Origin: the human T2T-CHM13v2.0 reference genome, Homo sapiens
Length of the DNA stretch: 64,000 nt
Reading direction: 5' to 3' (one strand)
Assembly: GCF_009914755.1 (NCBI RefSeq)
Contig: NC_060939.1
Shown here: positions 1 to 17,067 of the stretch, piece after piece
Numbering within the stretch: the stretch's first letter is position 1
Layout of the letters: each line of letters starts with the position of its first letter
The notes under the pieces: model-generated
Told to the model about the DNA's origin: nothing
What the model saw: the letters and a program-made list of their open reading frames with translations, nothing else
The model's database searches: none
Position numbers and translations under genes: made by a program

Positions 1-500
1 ATTTCTTCAGTCATATTCTGGAATAGTTATTATATAAAAAGTAGACAAAATGGCAGATTTAACTTTCACCTTCAGTAATTTTTGAAAAGATTATGGAAGT
101 GTGAGAGTAGTGGTTCTCCCAGCACGCAGCTGGAGATCTGAGAACAGGCAGACTGCCTCCTCAAGTGGGTCCCTGACCCCCGAGCAGCCTAACTGGGAGG
201 CACCCCCCAGTAGGGGCAGACTGACACCTCACACGGCCAGGTACTCCTCTGAGACAAAACTTCTAGAGGAACGATCAGGCAGCAGCATTCGCGGTTCAAG
301 TAAAACCGCTGTTCTGCAGCCACCACTGCTGATACCCAGGCAAACAGTGTCTGGAGTGGACCTCTAGCAAACTCCAACAGACCTGCAGCTGAGGGTCCTG
401 TCTGTTAGAAGGAAAACTAACAAACAGAAAGGACATCCACACCAAAAACCCATCTGTACATCACCATCATCAAAGACCAAAAGTAGATAAAACCACAAAG

Positions 501-1517
501 ATGGGGAAAAAACAGAGCAGAAAAACTGGAAACTCTAAAAAACAGAGCGCCTCTCCTCCTCCAAAGGAACGCAGTTCCTCACCAGCAGTGGAACAAAGCT
601 GGATGGAGAATGACTTTGATGAGTTGAGAGAAGAAGGCTTCAGATGATCAAACTACTCCGAGCTACAGGAGGAAATTCAAGCCAAAGGCAAAGAAGTTAA
701 AAACTTTGAAAAAGAATTAGATGAATGTATAACTAAAATAACCAATACAGAGAAGTGCTTAAAGGAGCTGATGGAGCTGAAAGCCAAGGCTCGAGAACTT
801 CGTGAAGAATGCAGAAGCCTCAGGAGCCGACGCAATCAACTGGAAGAAAGGGTATCAGCAATGGAAGATGAAATGAATGAAATGAAGCGAGAAGGGAAGT
901 TTAGAGAAAAAAGAATAAAAAGAAATGAGCAAAGCCTCCAAGAAATATGGGACTACGTGAAAAGACCAAATCTACATCTGATTGGTGTACCTGAAAGTGA
1001 TGGGGAGAATGGAACCAAGTTGGAAAACACTCTGCAGGATATTATCCAGGAGAAATTCCCCAATCTAGCAAGGCAGGCCAACATTCAGATTCAGGAAATA
1101 CAGAGAATGCCACAAAGACACTCCTCGAGAAGAGCAACTCCAAGACACATAATTATCAGATTCACCAAAGTTGAAATGAAGAAAAAAATGTTAAGGGCAG
1201 CCAGAGAGAAAGGTCGGGTTACCCACAAAGTGAAGCCCATCAGACTAACAGCGGATCTCTAGGCAGAAACTCTACAAGCCAGAAGAGAGTGGGGGCCAAT
1301 ATTCAACATTCTTAAAGACAAGAATTTTCAACCCAGAATTTCATATCCAGCCAAACTAAGCTTCATAAGTGAAGGAGAAATAAAATCCTTTACAGACAAG
1401 CAAATGCTGAGAGATTTTGTCACTACCAGGCCTGCCCTAAAAGAGCTCTTGAAGGAAGCACTAAACGTGGAAAGGAAAAACTGGTACCAGCCACTGTAAA
1501 ATCATGCCAAATTGTAA
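501..1517 (+). pseudogene. L1 ORF1p (RNA-binding/chaperone), disrupted
   Basis: ATG GGG AAA AAA at 501 and TAA at 1515-1517 give 338 codons. In-frame stops at 645-647 (TGA), 1260-1262 (TAG) and ~1497 (TAA). The track ORF 771-1262 is ORF1p sequence (EIWDYVKRPNL). Confidence 0.93.
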
Positions 1518-1580
1518 AGACCATCGAGGCTAGGAAGAAACTGCATCAACTAACGAGCAAAATAACCAGCTAACATCATA

Positions 1581-5398
<3,818 letters not shown>

Positions 5399-5797
5399 AC
5401 AATGAGAACGCATGGACACAGGAAGGGGAACATCACACTCCGGGGACTGTTGTGGGGTGGGGGGAGGGGGGAGGGACAGCATTAGGAGATACACCTAATG
5501 CTAAATGATGAGTTAATGGGTGCAGCACACCAACATGGCACATGGATACATATGTAACAAACCTGCACATTGTGCACATGTACCATAAAACTTAAAGTAC
5601 AATAAAAAAAAAACGAAAAGATTATGGAAGTGTCATGGTTACCTATGCGTTTAATGGCTTAAAATTAGAATAATTAGAATCTAGAGAATCAAGTGCGCAA
5701 TTTATAACATTATTTTAAAGAATGACTTAAGTGCTGAGATGAAAACTTGTTTCAGGGGATTCCTGGAGTCTAGTTTGCTGGTCACTGTTCTCACACT

Positions 5798-5798
5798 G

Positions 5799-5829
<31 letters not shown>

Positions 5830-5844
5830 GTTTTTTGTTTTTTT
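5798..5844. repeat. (TTTTG)n microsatellite
   Basis: Direct reading of the repeat. Confidence 0.85.
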
Positions 5845-6519
5845 CCTGATGGCATGCTCCTGAAGGTTCTTATGCAGATATGTGGTAGTCTCATTTTCAA
5901 TAAATACCTAGAAAGTGTAGTTGTGGTCACACCAGAACACGTATCTTAGGCATTCAGATTCAAGAATTAGGCCTTGTCTGATTACATGGCCTTATAAGAT
6001 ATTAACAAATGATGGATGTTCACTTAGAAACACTCAACTGAGTGAATTATCATATATATGAAGAAAAATATAAACCGAAAAGTGTTAAACCTGTCTGCTG
6101 ATCACACACAAATAGATACATCAGTGAGCAATGCAGTTTAGATTTAAAACTATAGAATTTAATAGCTTTTCAAAATGTAAATACACCTATAGGTATCAAG
6201 TTTTTGTTTTTGTTATTATTGTTATTGGTCTCATATTTTTTTATAAAATTGCCCTCAGTGGATAATGGAGTTAGTGGCTCATTTCAAACAATACTTTTGG
6301 AATCTGTAATTATATCTAAAACCTATCAATTTTTTCATTATATTCTGTAAAATATTCGTGATCAATTTACTATAAATCTATCTTAATGTCTTAAAATTAT
6401 ACAACTGTTGCTTCATGAAGATGTTGTTGGTTTATACTCTTGCTATAAGCAACTAGCACACTTCTCCTCTGAAGATACATGTACTCATTTATCAAAAAAC
6501 AAAGGAGCAGTACATCTGT

Positions 6520-7375
6520 TAGCATCCAGGAAAATCCAGAATACCGTCGTGACCAAATGCTGGAGTGGAGCTTTCATTTGTTGCTGGCGGAAATGCAAAA
6601 TGGTACAGCTTCTTTAGAAGAGAGTTTGGCAGTTTCTTACAAAACTAAACATACTCTTACCATACTAACCAGTAATCACATTCCTTGGTATTTACCCAAA
6701 GAAATGGAAAATATTTGTTCACACAAAAGCCTGCGTGTGAATGCTTAAAGCACCTTTATTGCTAATTGCCCAAACTTGGAAAGCAACCAAGATATCCATC
6801 CTTCAGAAGGTGAAAGGATAAATAGCCTGCATTACATCCAAACAATAGAATGTTATTCAGCACTAAAAAGAAATGAGCTATCAAGCTATGAAAAAACATG
6901 TCAGAATCTTAAGTGCATGTTCCTTAGTCGCAGAAGCCGATCTGTAAATTTCCAATGATACAACATTCCGGAAAAGGCAAAATTATGAAAACAGTAAAAA
7001 GATCAGTGGTTGCCAGGAGTTGGGGGTGAAGAGGTTGAATACATAGAGCAGAGACTATTTTTAGAGCAGGGAAAATACTCTGCATGGTACCTTAATGGTG
7101 GCACATATCATTATAAATTTTTCCAACTTATGTAATGTACAGCAGTGAGGGTAAACCCTAATGTAAACTATGGAGTTTGGTGATTATGATATGTCAATGT
7201 AGGTTCATCATTTGTAACAACTGTCCCATGCTGGTAGGGGATATTGATAATGAAAGGCTCTGCATGTGAGGGGGCAGAGGACTTATGGGAAATCCCTGTT
7301 ACATCCTTTCAGTTTTGCTATGAACCGAAAACTGCTCTAAAGTAATTAAGTCCTTAAAAATAAACAAACAAATAA
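6520..7375 (+). mobile_element. Ancient L1 (L1MC-type) ORF2 end and 3'UTR
   Basis: Degenerate ORF2 C-terminus (GAAATGCAAAATGGTACAGC...) and 3'UTR motif AAACCCTAATGTAAACTATGG...AAAACTGCTCTAAA. Confidence 0.75.
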
Positions 7376-8534
7376 GTGAGGGATTAGACCAATGATGATC
7401 ATGGCAGAGATAATGCAGATAGCCAATCTTAAAATAATCAGAAAGCTGCAGTGCCCACAACCTCTCCTGACTTTAATGAATTAAGTAGATATCCAGGGAT
7501 TTTCAATGGAGAGTGGAAGATAAAGCTATAGGAAAAAAAAGACAAAGACACAGTGGTTAAATGCTGAACCTTGGCCAAATGCTCTGGTGTGAAAAATAAG
7601 ACTTTGAAAGACTCTAGAATAAGAGCTAGCTATCCCAAGTGACAGAGCATGAGAGAGGTCATAGGAACCATAGACAGAACACAGAAAAACAGTGTCACTC
7701 AGCATAGACCTATCTCTACGGCCACTATGGGTAACAATCATTGTTTATTTCTTAATGTGGAGGAACCAGGAATTGTGATCAGAACTCATTTTGATCACTT
7801 AAGTCATTCAATTTATGGAAAGAATATGTATGTATTAAACTATGTATCTCTAGTTCCAGAGAGTGAATTCAGTTATTCCCCAAAATCCTTTTGTTGTTTT
7901 AATGAAATCCTGAGTCAAAGAGCCCCTGCTGCTCTTTAGTAGACAGATAACTCAGGTTTATGAAGTCTACCTGTGTGGTACCCACAGTAGGCAAATGAGA
8001 AAAGTAGCCCAATTCAGAAAACCATCTTAACTGGGGCTTAACTCCGGCTGAGTGTTACATATATCTCATTATTGAGAGATATTTCCCTTTTAGATGACTT
8101 TTTCATTTCTTTTTAAAAGAAAGAATGGATCCGTATGTGGTCAATTCACTTTTCAACAATTCTTTCTCTACTGACAGGCTGAAGTGATTTCACATTAAGA
8201 GAAAATGAGTTTTGCTGCTTTTCATAAATTGGTAATGAGCTTTTTGAACAATCATAGCCATAACCTGATTCACAAAAGAACCTTCTCAGATTTGCCACTA
8301 ACATGTCTGTAACAATAAGCTGAGAAAAAAATACCAAATAAGTTGATGCCACTTGCTGAGAACTATTTTCCTGTCTTCATTTCAGCCCTTTAGATTATTT
8401 CTCCCTGTGACGCTATCAAGCAGCCTGGGTTCAGTTTGACAGTTAAGCATTGAGATATCTCTATCACTACCCTGTCTCACTTTGCAAAAGGAAGAGAACT
8501 TCAATGCTGTGCAGCAGGAAGGATGCCAGGAAAA

Positions 8535-8640
8535 TTAGATTTTATTTTCAGCTCTGCTTCTCACCAGCTTGTGTGATATTGGGAAATTTATTCTTCTGCT
8601 CTGGATCAGTTTTCAATATTTCAAATATGCGTGGACCTGT
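8535..8640 (+). mobile_element. MIR fragment
   Basis: Core-like CAGCTCTGC..CACCAGCTTGTGTGATATTGGGAAATT..CAGTTTTC. Confidence 0.5.
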
Positions 8641-9179
8641 TTCCAAAGAGCTAAAAGACCTCCAGAGGTCCTCTCATTATTAAGATATGATGATGCTAAT
8701 AAAAGCGTAACATCCGAAATGCTACCTATTACTTCTGTGGAATGATTTCTCCCTGGATGCCTTCTTGTTGCTTACTTTCATTTCCTTCAGAGAAACCAAC
8801 AACCCATAGAATGTTGCCTTTACAGTACTAGAATGGATTGAGGGCATATCGAGAAAAAAAAATTCCAGCAATTCCTCTTTTAGCTCATCTCACTTCTCAC
8901 ATTCTTTATTGTAGGCAATTAAAGGAACCACTTGGTGCATTCGCCACTCTGCCCGGAAATTTTATTAGCCAGATTTGCAAGTTTATTAGCCACATTTGCT
9001 ATCTTCCACATAAGAAGGTGGCAGCTTCACTGATTTTTGTGCCAATATCATTAAGGTCCATTTGTTTTTTGCTCTTTCTAACAGTTTCCTCAAGGTTTTT
9101 AGTCCATAACTTCCACCTGATCATAAAGCCAGTGCTGCATATTTTGATATTTTGTTGCTGAAGCACCCCTCTTCTGGTG

Positions 9180-9725
9180 TCATTCTATCTTTTGTTAATC
9201 TTCTTCCATGGAACAAACTACCTTTAAAATATTGTGGCTTAAAACAGCAATCACTTGTTATTTCTCATGATTCTGAGGGTCAGGATTTTACAGAGGCAGT
9301 GGGCTTATCTACGCTCGCTTCAGTGCCTGCTGTCACTGGAAAGGCTGCAACAGCTTCGTTAGCTTTTTGGTGCCTCAGCAAGGGAGATTGGGCGGTGGAG
9401 GGCTGGCTAGAAGAGCTAGATTCGAGGAATGTCTGGATTCTTCAGTTCTCAACGTTCTCTCTCCACATGACCTCTTCATATTTTCTCTTTACACAGTTTC
9501 ATCTAGAATTCTCATGTGAAACTTTAGGACTTCTAAGAGTTCGTAAGTAGAAGTTTTATACTTTGTTAAAGCCTAGGCTAGGATTGCACAGCAATATTTT
9601 TGCTATATTCTATTCTAAAGTCTTTGAGTTATAAGCTAAGCTTGGATTCAGGAGGAAATAACTACAAAAAGGCATAAACACTGAAGCATAACCCATGGGG
9701 TCCTACTAGTGTTAACTAACTACCA
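9180..9725 (-). mobile_element. Old MaLR LTR (MLT1 family)
   Basis: AACAAACTACC..GTGGCTTAAAACAGCAA..ATTTCTCATGATTCTG motif typical of MLT1; strand and ends approximate. Confidence 0.55.
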
Positions 9726-9825
9726 CGATGACAGAGGAAAAAGTAACACAAGAAAAGAATTACTTTTTAAAAAGTTAGGAAAATGGACAAACACCCCGGA
9801 AGTTGAATTTGCGTACTTTTTAATG

Positions 9826-9979
9826 TATTTATTTTTATTTATTTTTTCAAGATGGAGTCTCACTTTTTCACCTAGGCTGGGGTGCAGTGGCACGATCTTG
9901 GCTCACTGCAACCTCTGCCTCCAGATTCAAGTGATTCTCATGAGTAGCTGGGATTACAGGCATGTGCCACCACTCCCAG
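9826..9979 (-). mobile_element. Alu right arm only (AluS-like), antisense
   Basis: T-rich tail then GATGGAGTCTCAC...GGGATTACAGGCATGTGCCACCAC; the left arm is absent. Confidence 0.9.
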
Positions 9980-10126
9980 AATCCCAGCTTCTTGGGAGGC
10001 TGAGGCAGGAGAATTGCTTGAACCTGGGAGGCAGAGGTTCCAGTGAGCTGAGATCATGCCACTGTACTCTAGCTACAGCTTGGGCAACAGAGTGAGTGAG
10101 ACTCTGCCAAAAAAAAAAAAAAAAAA
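9980..10126 (+). mobile_element. Alu right arm only (AluS-like), sense
   Basis: AATCCCAGCT...GAGGCAGGAGAATTGCTTGAACC...poly(A); the left arm is absent. Confidence 0.9.
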
Positions 10127-10301
10127 CACACAAACATATGTATAAATGAAATCATAAGATTCATGGGATTTAATTCAAAATAATATGGACAATGCAGTTT
10201 CAAAATGGGTGGGAGTATAGATAAAATAAGATTGATCATGACTTGATAATTATTATAGTAGATTCCTGGATATATACAAAATTACCATTTTTTTATGTTT
10301 G

Positions 10302-10810
10302 AAAGGACTATAAATCATGCTGCTATAAAGACACATGCACACGTATGTTTATTGCGGCATTATTCACAATAGCAAAGACTTGGAACCAACCCAAATGTCC
10401 AACAATGATAGACTGGATTAAGAAAATGTGGCACATATACACCATGGAATACTGTGCAGCCATAAAAATGATGAGTTCATGTCCTTTGTAGGGACATGGA
10501 TGAAATTGGAAAACATCATTCTCAGTAAACTATCACAAGAACAAAAAACCAAACACCGCATATTCTCACTCATAGGTGGGAACTGAACAATGAGATCACA
10601 TGGACACAGGAAGGGGAATATCACACTCTGGGGACTGTGGTGGGGTGGGGGGAGGGGGGAGGGATAGCATTGGGAGATATACCTAATGCTAGATGATGAG
10701 TTAGTGGGTGCAGGGCACCAGCATGGCACATGTATACATATGTAACTAACCTGCACAATGTGCACATGTACCCTAAAACTTAAAGTATAATAAAAAAAAA
10801 AGAAAAAGTA
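10302..10810 (+). mobile_element. 5'-truncated young L1 (L1PA2-like), ORF2 tail and 3'UTR
   Basis: TTGGGAGATATACCTAATGCTAGATGATGAGTTAGTGGG and CTTAAAGTAT; it has GAG rather than the L1HS-Ta ACA; poly(A) present. Confidence 0.88.
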
Positions 10811-13425
10811 AAATCAAATAAAGAAATACATTCTAATATCACTAATGAAAACTGGATAATTACTATAGGTCTTTCTTACAAATTAAAGAGAACAAGATTA
10901 AAAATATTTCAGGCCAATAGATTTGATACTTTATATGACATATGCATATATCACAAAAGAAAAACTTGTTGAAACAGACTCAAGAAGAAATAGAAAGCCT
11001 AAATAGTCCTATATATATGTAAAACAATGAATTCATTAATACCCTCAACACAATTTGAGGTACACAGGATGTGCCCTATGAATTATTTCTAATTTTTAGA
11101 AAATAAATAGCACTGATATTACAAAAAGTATTTTAGGGAACATAAAAAGCATGAGAACACTTCACATGTCCTGTTTTAAAGCTATCATATTCTTTATAGT
11201 AAACTTTGGCAAGAACATCAGTAGAAAAAAAATCACAGAATAATGTATTACCAACACTGATGAAATCATTTTACAACTGACCCTTGAACAATGTGAAGGT
11301 TAGGGATGCTGACCTATCCATGCAATTGAAAATTTGTGCGTAACTTTTGACTCCCCCAAAATGTAACTACTCATAGCATACTGTTGACTAGAAGCCTTAC
11401 TGATAATATAAACAGTTGATTAACACATATTTTGTATGTTGTATGTATTATATACTGTATTCTTACAATAAATCAAGCTAGAGAAAAGAAAATTTTATTA
11501 AAAAAATAAGGAACATAAAATATATTTATTATTCATCAAGTGGAAGTGGAATCGTTTGAAAGGTCTTTATCCTCATTGTCTTCATATTGACTAGGCTGAG
11601 GAGGAAAAGGCAGAGGAGGGTTTGGTTTTGCTGTCTCAGGTGTGGCAGTGGCAAAAAGAAAATCTGTATATAAGTGGACCCATGCAGCTCAAACCTATGT
11701 TGTTAAAGGGTCAACTGTATTCATATATTTATGAAAACTGATAATATATCACAAAGCCAATTAAGGTTTATTACAGGAATGTGAGAGCAGCTTAATATTT
11801 TTCAATCAATGAATAGAATTTATTACATATTAATAAAAAGAAAACATATTATTGATATATTTAGGAAGAATATTTGATAAAATTAAGCAACCATCAATAT
11901 GTTTCATGATAATATGTAAGTAGATGGAAATTTATACAATATGACGAAGAATATTAACCAAAAACATACTGTAAATTTTATAGTTACAGTGAATTGTTGA
12001 ATGTATTTCCTTTGGCATCAGAAATGCCATGTGTCCCTGATCTTACAAATTCTATTAATGATATTACAAGTTCTACTTAGTGTAGTAATAAAAGAAAAAG
12101 AAATAAAGACCACAAGATTACAAAGGAAGAAATAACTCTCATTATTCAGAGATCATACAATTACATATATAGAAAATCCAAAAGCATCCATTGGCAAACT
12201 ATAGGAATCAATAAATAAATTTAGCATGTTGGTTGTATAAAAGTCAATATATAGATTAATTTTTCTTATATGCAATAAAAATTAGAAAATAAAAGTTTAA
12301 AATATTCATAATAAAATTAAGAATATCAAATAACTGAGAATAATTATAATAAAATATATTTAAATTGACACCAAATGCTGCAAAACTGTGCTGTAAGAAA
12401 TAGCAGAATATATTTTTGTGTATATACATACACGACATACATATGTACAACAAACCTGTACAAGTACAGGTATACAATGTGATTTTATGAAAATACATAA
12501 CATTATACAAATCACAATTCTTTCTAAATATTTAGATCCAATGTGATATCGATCAAAACTAGGTACAATTTTCTGTTGTTTTGTTGAGGTTGGCAAATTC
12601 TTTCCAATATTAGTTTAGAAATATGAAGGGTCTTACATAGCCAAACAATGTTAAGAGGAAAAAGAAAGCTAAATGACTCATTCCAATTTATATCAAGATT
12701 TATTGCAACGCTCTAGTAATTAGCACAGTGTAAAATTGGTAAAAGTATAGACAAGCTGATCAAAAAAATGTAAAAGTGTATTTAAAAGCAGTTGCACATA
12801 CATACAGTTGCCTGATACATGAAAGTGAAACACTAGAGTACAATAAGAGAAAAATGGCCTTTTCAATAATTGCTGCTGGGCCACTTATATGTTTATTGAT
12901 ATTTTCAAAAAAGAATCTATTAATAGATTCCTATATTATACTATATACAAAATAAATACAAATTGAGTGGAAATATAAATGTACAAATTAACACTGCTAG
13001 AAGAAAGTACAGAAAAATATCTTTATGAATTTGGGCTAGCAAAAAAATTTAACACCGAAAAGGATTAATCACAATGAAAAGAGATGAAAAATTTTATTAT
13101 AATACAACTAAGAATTTCAAAAGTCACCATTAAGAGAATAAGAAATTAAGCCACAAAAGCCTCTTATCCAACATATATAAACAAATTAGCATTTCACATT
13201 TGAAAAGTGAGACAAATGCTAGAACATGCACTTTATAAAATAGGACATCCAAATGTCCAATAAACATATGAAAGGGTACTGACCTTCACAGTAAATATAA
13301 TTGTACATTTAAATACAAATTATAACCAAAGTATAAAACCCTTACATAACAGAAAAATAGAAGCACAGAGAACACTACATCTTTATGAGAATGTGGAATA
13401 ATTGAAACACTCATAATTACCGCTG
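10811..13425 (+). mobile_element. Ancient L1M ORF2 tract (interrupted by Tigger2a)
   Basis: A-rich degenerate ORF2 motifs (CAAGAAGAAATAGAAAGCCTAAATAGTCC, AAAGGAAGAAATAAC..ATAGAAAATCC) that stay collinear across the transposon. Confidence 0.65.
11274..11717 (-). mobile_element. Tigger2a (MER28-like) non-autonomous Tc1/mariner DNA transposon
   Basis: Terminal inverted repeats CAACTGACCCTTGAACAA / TTGTTAAAGGGTCAACTG, TA duplication at 11272-11273 and 11718-11719, 444 bp. Confidence 0.88.
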
Positions 13426-13427
13426 GC

Positions 13428-14660
13428 TTCAACAAATGGTGCTACAGTAACTGAATTTCCACATGCAGAAAAAAAAAGTTAAGCTGTATTAAAAAATGAA
13501 CTCAAAATGGGTCAAGGACTTAAATATAAGAGACAAAATCATAAAATTCTTAAAGGAAATCATGCAGATAAATATTCTTAACCTTAGATTTGTCAAGGAA
13601 ATCTTAGATATGACACCAAAAGTACAAGAAACAAAAGAATTAACAAATTATTTAACAAAATTAGAATCTTTTGTGCAACAAAGGACATTATCAAGAAAGT
13701 GAAAAGACTACCTACAAGATGGGAGAAAATATTTGAAAATCATATATCTGATAAATATTCAATATCCAGAATATATAAAGAATTACAATTCAACAACAAA
13801 GGGACAATCCAATAAAATTTTTGTAATTGGCTTAAGTTTACATTTCTTCAAATAATATTTATAAATGCGCAATAAGCATATGAAAAGATGCTCAACATCA
13901 TTAATCATTTGGGAAATGGAAATCATGATCAATGAGATATTACTTCATGCCTACTAATATGGTTATAATAAAAAATATTTAATTAATTAAGAAACTAACA
14001 AATTTCCAGGATGTGCCGAAATTAGAACACTCATAAATTTCAGATGGAAGTGTAAATAGTGCAGTTGCTGTGAAAAATAGCTTGATGGTGTCTCAAAAAG
14101 CTAAATACCTCTACACAATTACCATAGAACTTGGTAATTCCACTTTCAGATATATACCCAGGGACTCAAACAGATACTTTTATACCAATGTTCATTGCAG
14201 CATTATTTACAATAGCCAAAAGATTGAAATAACCCAAATGTCCGTCAACAGAAGAATGTATAAAGAAAATGTGGTATATGAATGCAATGGAATATTATTC
14301 AGTCCGAGAAAGAAATGATGTTCTGATACATGCTACCGCATGAATGAACCTTGAAAATACTGTGCTAAGTGATGTAAGTTGCCTGGGAAAATATTACATG
14401 ATACCACTTACATGAATTATCCAGACAAGGCAAATTCATTGAAAAAGAATGTACAAGAGATTACCAGGGGAAAGGCAGAAATGGAAAGGTATTGCTTAAT
14501 GGGTACAGTGTTTCTGTTTAGGTGAGGAAATTTTTGGAAAAAGATAGTAGTAATGGTTGCACAACATTATGTTGTAATTGATGCCAATAAATTGTACACA
14601 TAAAAATAGTTGAATATAACAAATTTTATATTAAGTATATTTTACCACAATTAAAAAAAT
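13428..14660 (+). mobile_element. L1MB-type 3' portion nested in an older L1M
   Basis: TTCAACAAATGGTGCT... through the 3'UTR ending TATATTTTACCACAATTAAAAAAA; the older L1 appears to resume at ~14,690-15,160. Confidence 0.72.
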
Positions 14661-15734
14661 TAAATCTGCCGAGAGTTTCATTAAAAAAAAACCACATTGG
14701 AACACTTTTTGATAGTATCTATTGAACATATTTATACCATATGTCTCATATTTGCAATCATACCAAACATAAATGTGTACATACCTTCAACAAAGGACAT
14801 TTTCTAGAATTATCACTTACGCTCTGTATGCAATAAAATGAGTTTATGAATTGTGGTATATTTGTATTCTGTGGAACTGAAAACAAACAAAATACAACTA
14901 TGCACATAAATTTGTATAAAATTCACAAAGATTTTGATGAAATAAGCCAGAGGCAAAAAACATGCATATCTTATAATTCCAGTAATATAATATCAAGGAC
15001 AAGCAAAATCTATCTATCGTTTCAGGTAAGAATGTGGTTGTCATCGGAGTTAATTGCCTAAAAGGATCATGGGGTCGGGCAGATTGTGATTTACTGTGAT
15101 TCTATGTCCTGGTGTTTGAGAATTTTTCCAAATTCTTTTTATGCTTCAATAAAAAAAGTTACAAAGATAAAGAACTAAAAACTAAAAGTACATTGTAAGT
15201 GACCAAAACTATTTGTCTCATTCTTTTAAATGTTACACTAGAGAGGCAAATGTGATTACATTGGTAAGTAGCAACTATATAAATTACTGACAGATTCCTT
15301 GGTAATATTATAGTCAACTAATTGCAAACCTAGTATAAAGTTTTTTTTTTTTTAAATGCTGACAAGAGAGAAATGGGCTTATGGAGTAACTAGTAAATAG
15401 CTGAGCTTATGGGGAGGCTGAAAGGCATGAATGTCTTTGGCTAATAACCGACTGATGGGCACCAGGTCTATGATGAAGCTGCTACCTCCTCAGCACAAAA
15501 TAATGCACATTTCACAAAACCCTCTCTTGGAGTTTAATCCCCAAGTCATGGACAGTGTAGTATCCTATTCACTGTATAATCATTTACAAAAGATTTTTCT
15601 ATCTAATAATATCCAGAAGTGCTCTGGGTCTTTAGGAAGGCCCCGTCACAATGTCAAAATTTTAATTCTTCCCATAATAAAAAAACTCATTAATATTAGG
15701 GCAGTAAGAATGCCAAGTAGAAATTGTACATCTT

Positions 15735-16022
15735 TCTGAGCACAGTGGCTTATGCCTGTAATCCCAGCACTTTGTGGGGCCCAGGTGAGCAGATCACTTG
15801 AATTGAAGAGTTCAAGACCAGCCTGTACAACATAGCAAGACCCCATCTCTACTGAAAGTACAAAAATTTGCTGGGCATATTACATGTGCCTGTAGCTCCA
15901 GCTACTTGGCAGGCTGAGGATCGCTTGAGCCTGACAGGTCGAGGCTGCTGTGAGCCGTGATTGTGCCACTGCACTCAGCCTGGGTGATGGAGTGAGATCC
16001 TGTCTTAAGAAAAAAAAAAAAA
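15735..16022 (+). mobile_element. AluJ
   Basis: Dimeric Alu with J-type features (CATAGCAAGACCCC, GGATCGCTTGAGCC, GTCGAGGCTG) and an A-tail. Confidence 0.88.
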
Positions 16023-16023
16023 T

Positions 16024-17065
16024 CTTGTTATCATGATGCTAGTTGGTTATTTTGCAGATTTGTTTATGTAGTTGCTTCATAGTGTCACTGGTCTGTGTAC
16101 TTCAGTGTGTTTTTGTAGTGACTGGTAACAGTTTTTCCTGTCCATATTTAGTGCTTCCTTCAGGAGCTCTGATAAGGCAGGTCTGGTGGTAATAAATTCC
16201 TTCAGCATTTGCTTGTCTGAAAAGGATCTTATTTCTCCTTTGCTTATGAAGCTTAGTTTGGCCATATGTGAAATTCTAGGTTGAAAATTCTTTCTTTAAG
16301 AATGTTGAATATTGGCCCCCCTATCTCTTCTAGTTTATAGGGTTTCCCCCGAGAGGTCCTCTGTAGTCTGATGGGTTTTCATTTGTAGGTGACCTGGCCT
16401 TTCTCTCTGGCTGCCATTTTTTCTTTCATGTCGACCTTGGAGAATCTGATGATTATGTATCTTGGGGATGATCTTCTCATGGAGCATCTTACTGGGGTTT
16501 GTTGCATTTTCTGAAGTTGAATGTTGGCTTGTCTTGCTAGGTGGGGAAGATGTCCTTGATGGTATCCTGAAGTATATTTTCCAAATCGCTTCCATTCTCC
16601 CTGTCTCGTTCAAGTACCGCAATTAGTTGTAGATTCCATCTCTTTACATAATCCCATATTTTCCAAACGTTTTGTTCATTCCGTTTTATTCTTATCTCTC
16701 TATTCTTGTCTGCCTGTCTTATTTCAGACAGAGAGTCTTCAACCTCTAATATTCTTGGTCTAGTCTGCTATTAATACTGTGATTGCACTATGAAGTTCTT
16801 GTAGTGTGTCTTTCAGCTCTATCAGGTTGGTCATGTTCCTCTGTATTGCACCTATTTTGGCTTTCAGTTCCTCCATTGTTTTATCATGATTCTTAGCTTT
16901 TTTGCACTGGGTTACAACAGATACCTTTAGCTCAGCAAAGTTTGTTTTTATCCACATTCTGAAGCCTGCTTCTGTCATTTCAGCCATCTCAGCCTCAGTC
17001 CAGTTCTGAGCCCTTGCTGGAAAGGTGTTGTGGTCATTTGGAGGAAAGGAGCCACTCTGGCTTTA
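16024..17065 (-). mobile_element. Inverted 5' segment (ORF1 and inter-ORF) of an older L1PA (roughly L1PA11-13)
   Basis: Minus-strand ORFs AKLSFISKGEIRSFSDKQML..TTRPAL (ORF1 C-terminus) and MTEAGFRMWI (ORF1 N-terminal region). Confidence 0.85.
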
Positions 17066-17067
17066 AA

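Noticed and set aside
189-377. Antisense ORF in the L1 5'UTR as L1 ORF0
   Set aside because: ORF0 lies in the more 5' part of the UTR that is truncated here; this ORF overlaps the 129-bp segment and is a different sequence.
5452-5476. G-quadruplex-forming G tract (also ~10,640-10,665)
   Set aside because: A standard, well-known part of the L1PA 3'UTR.
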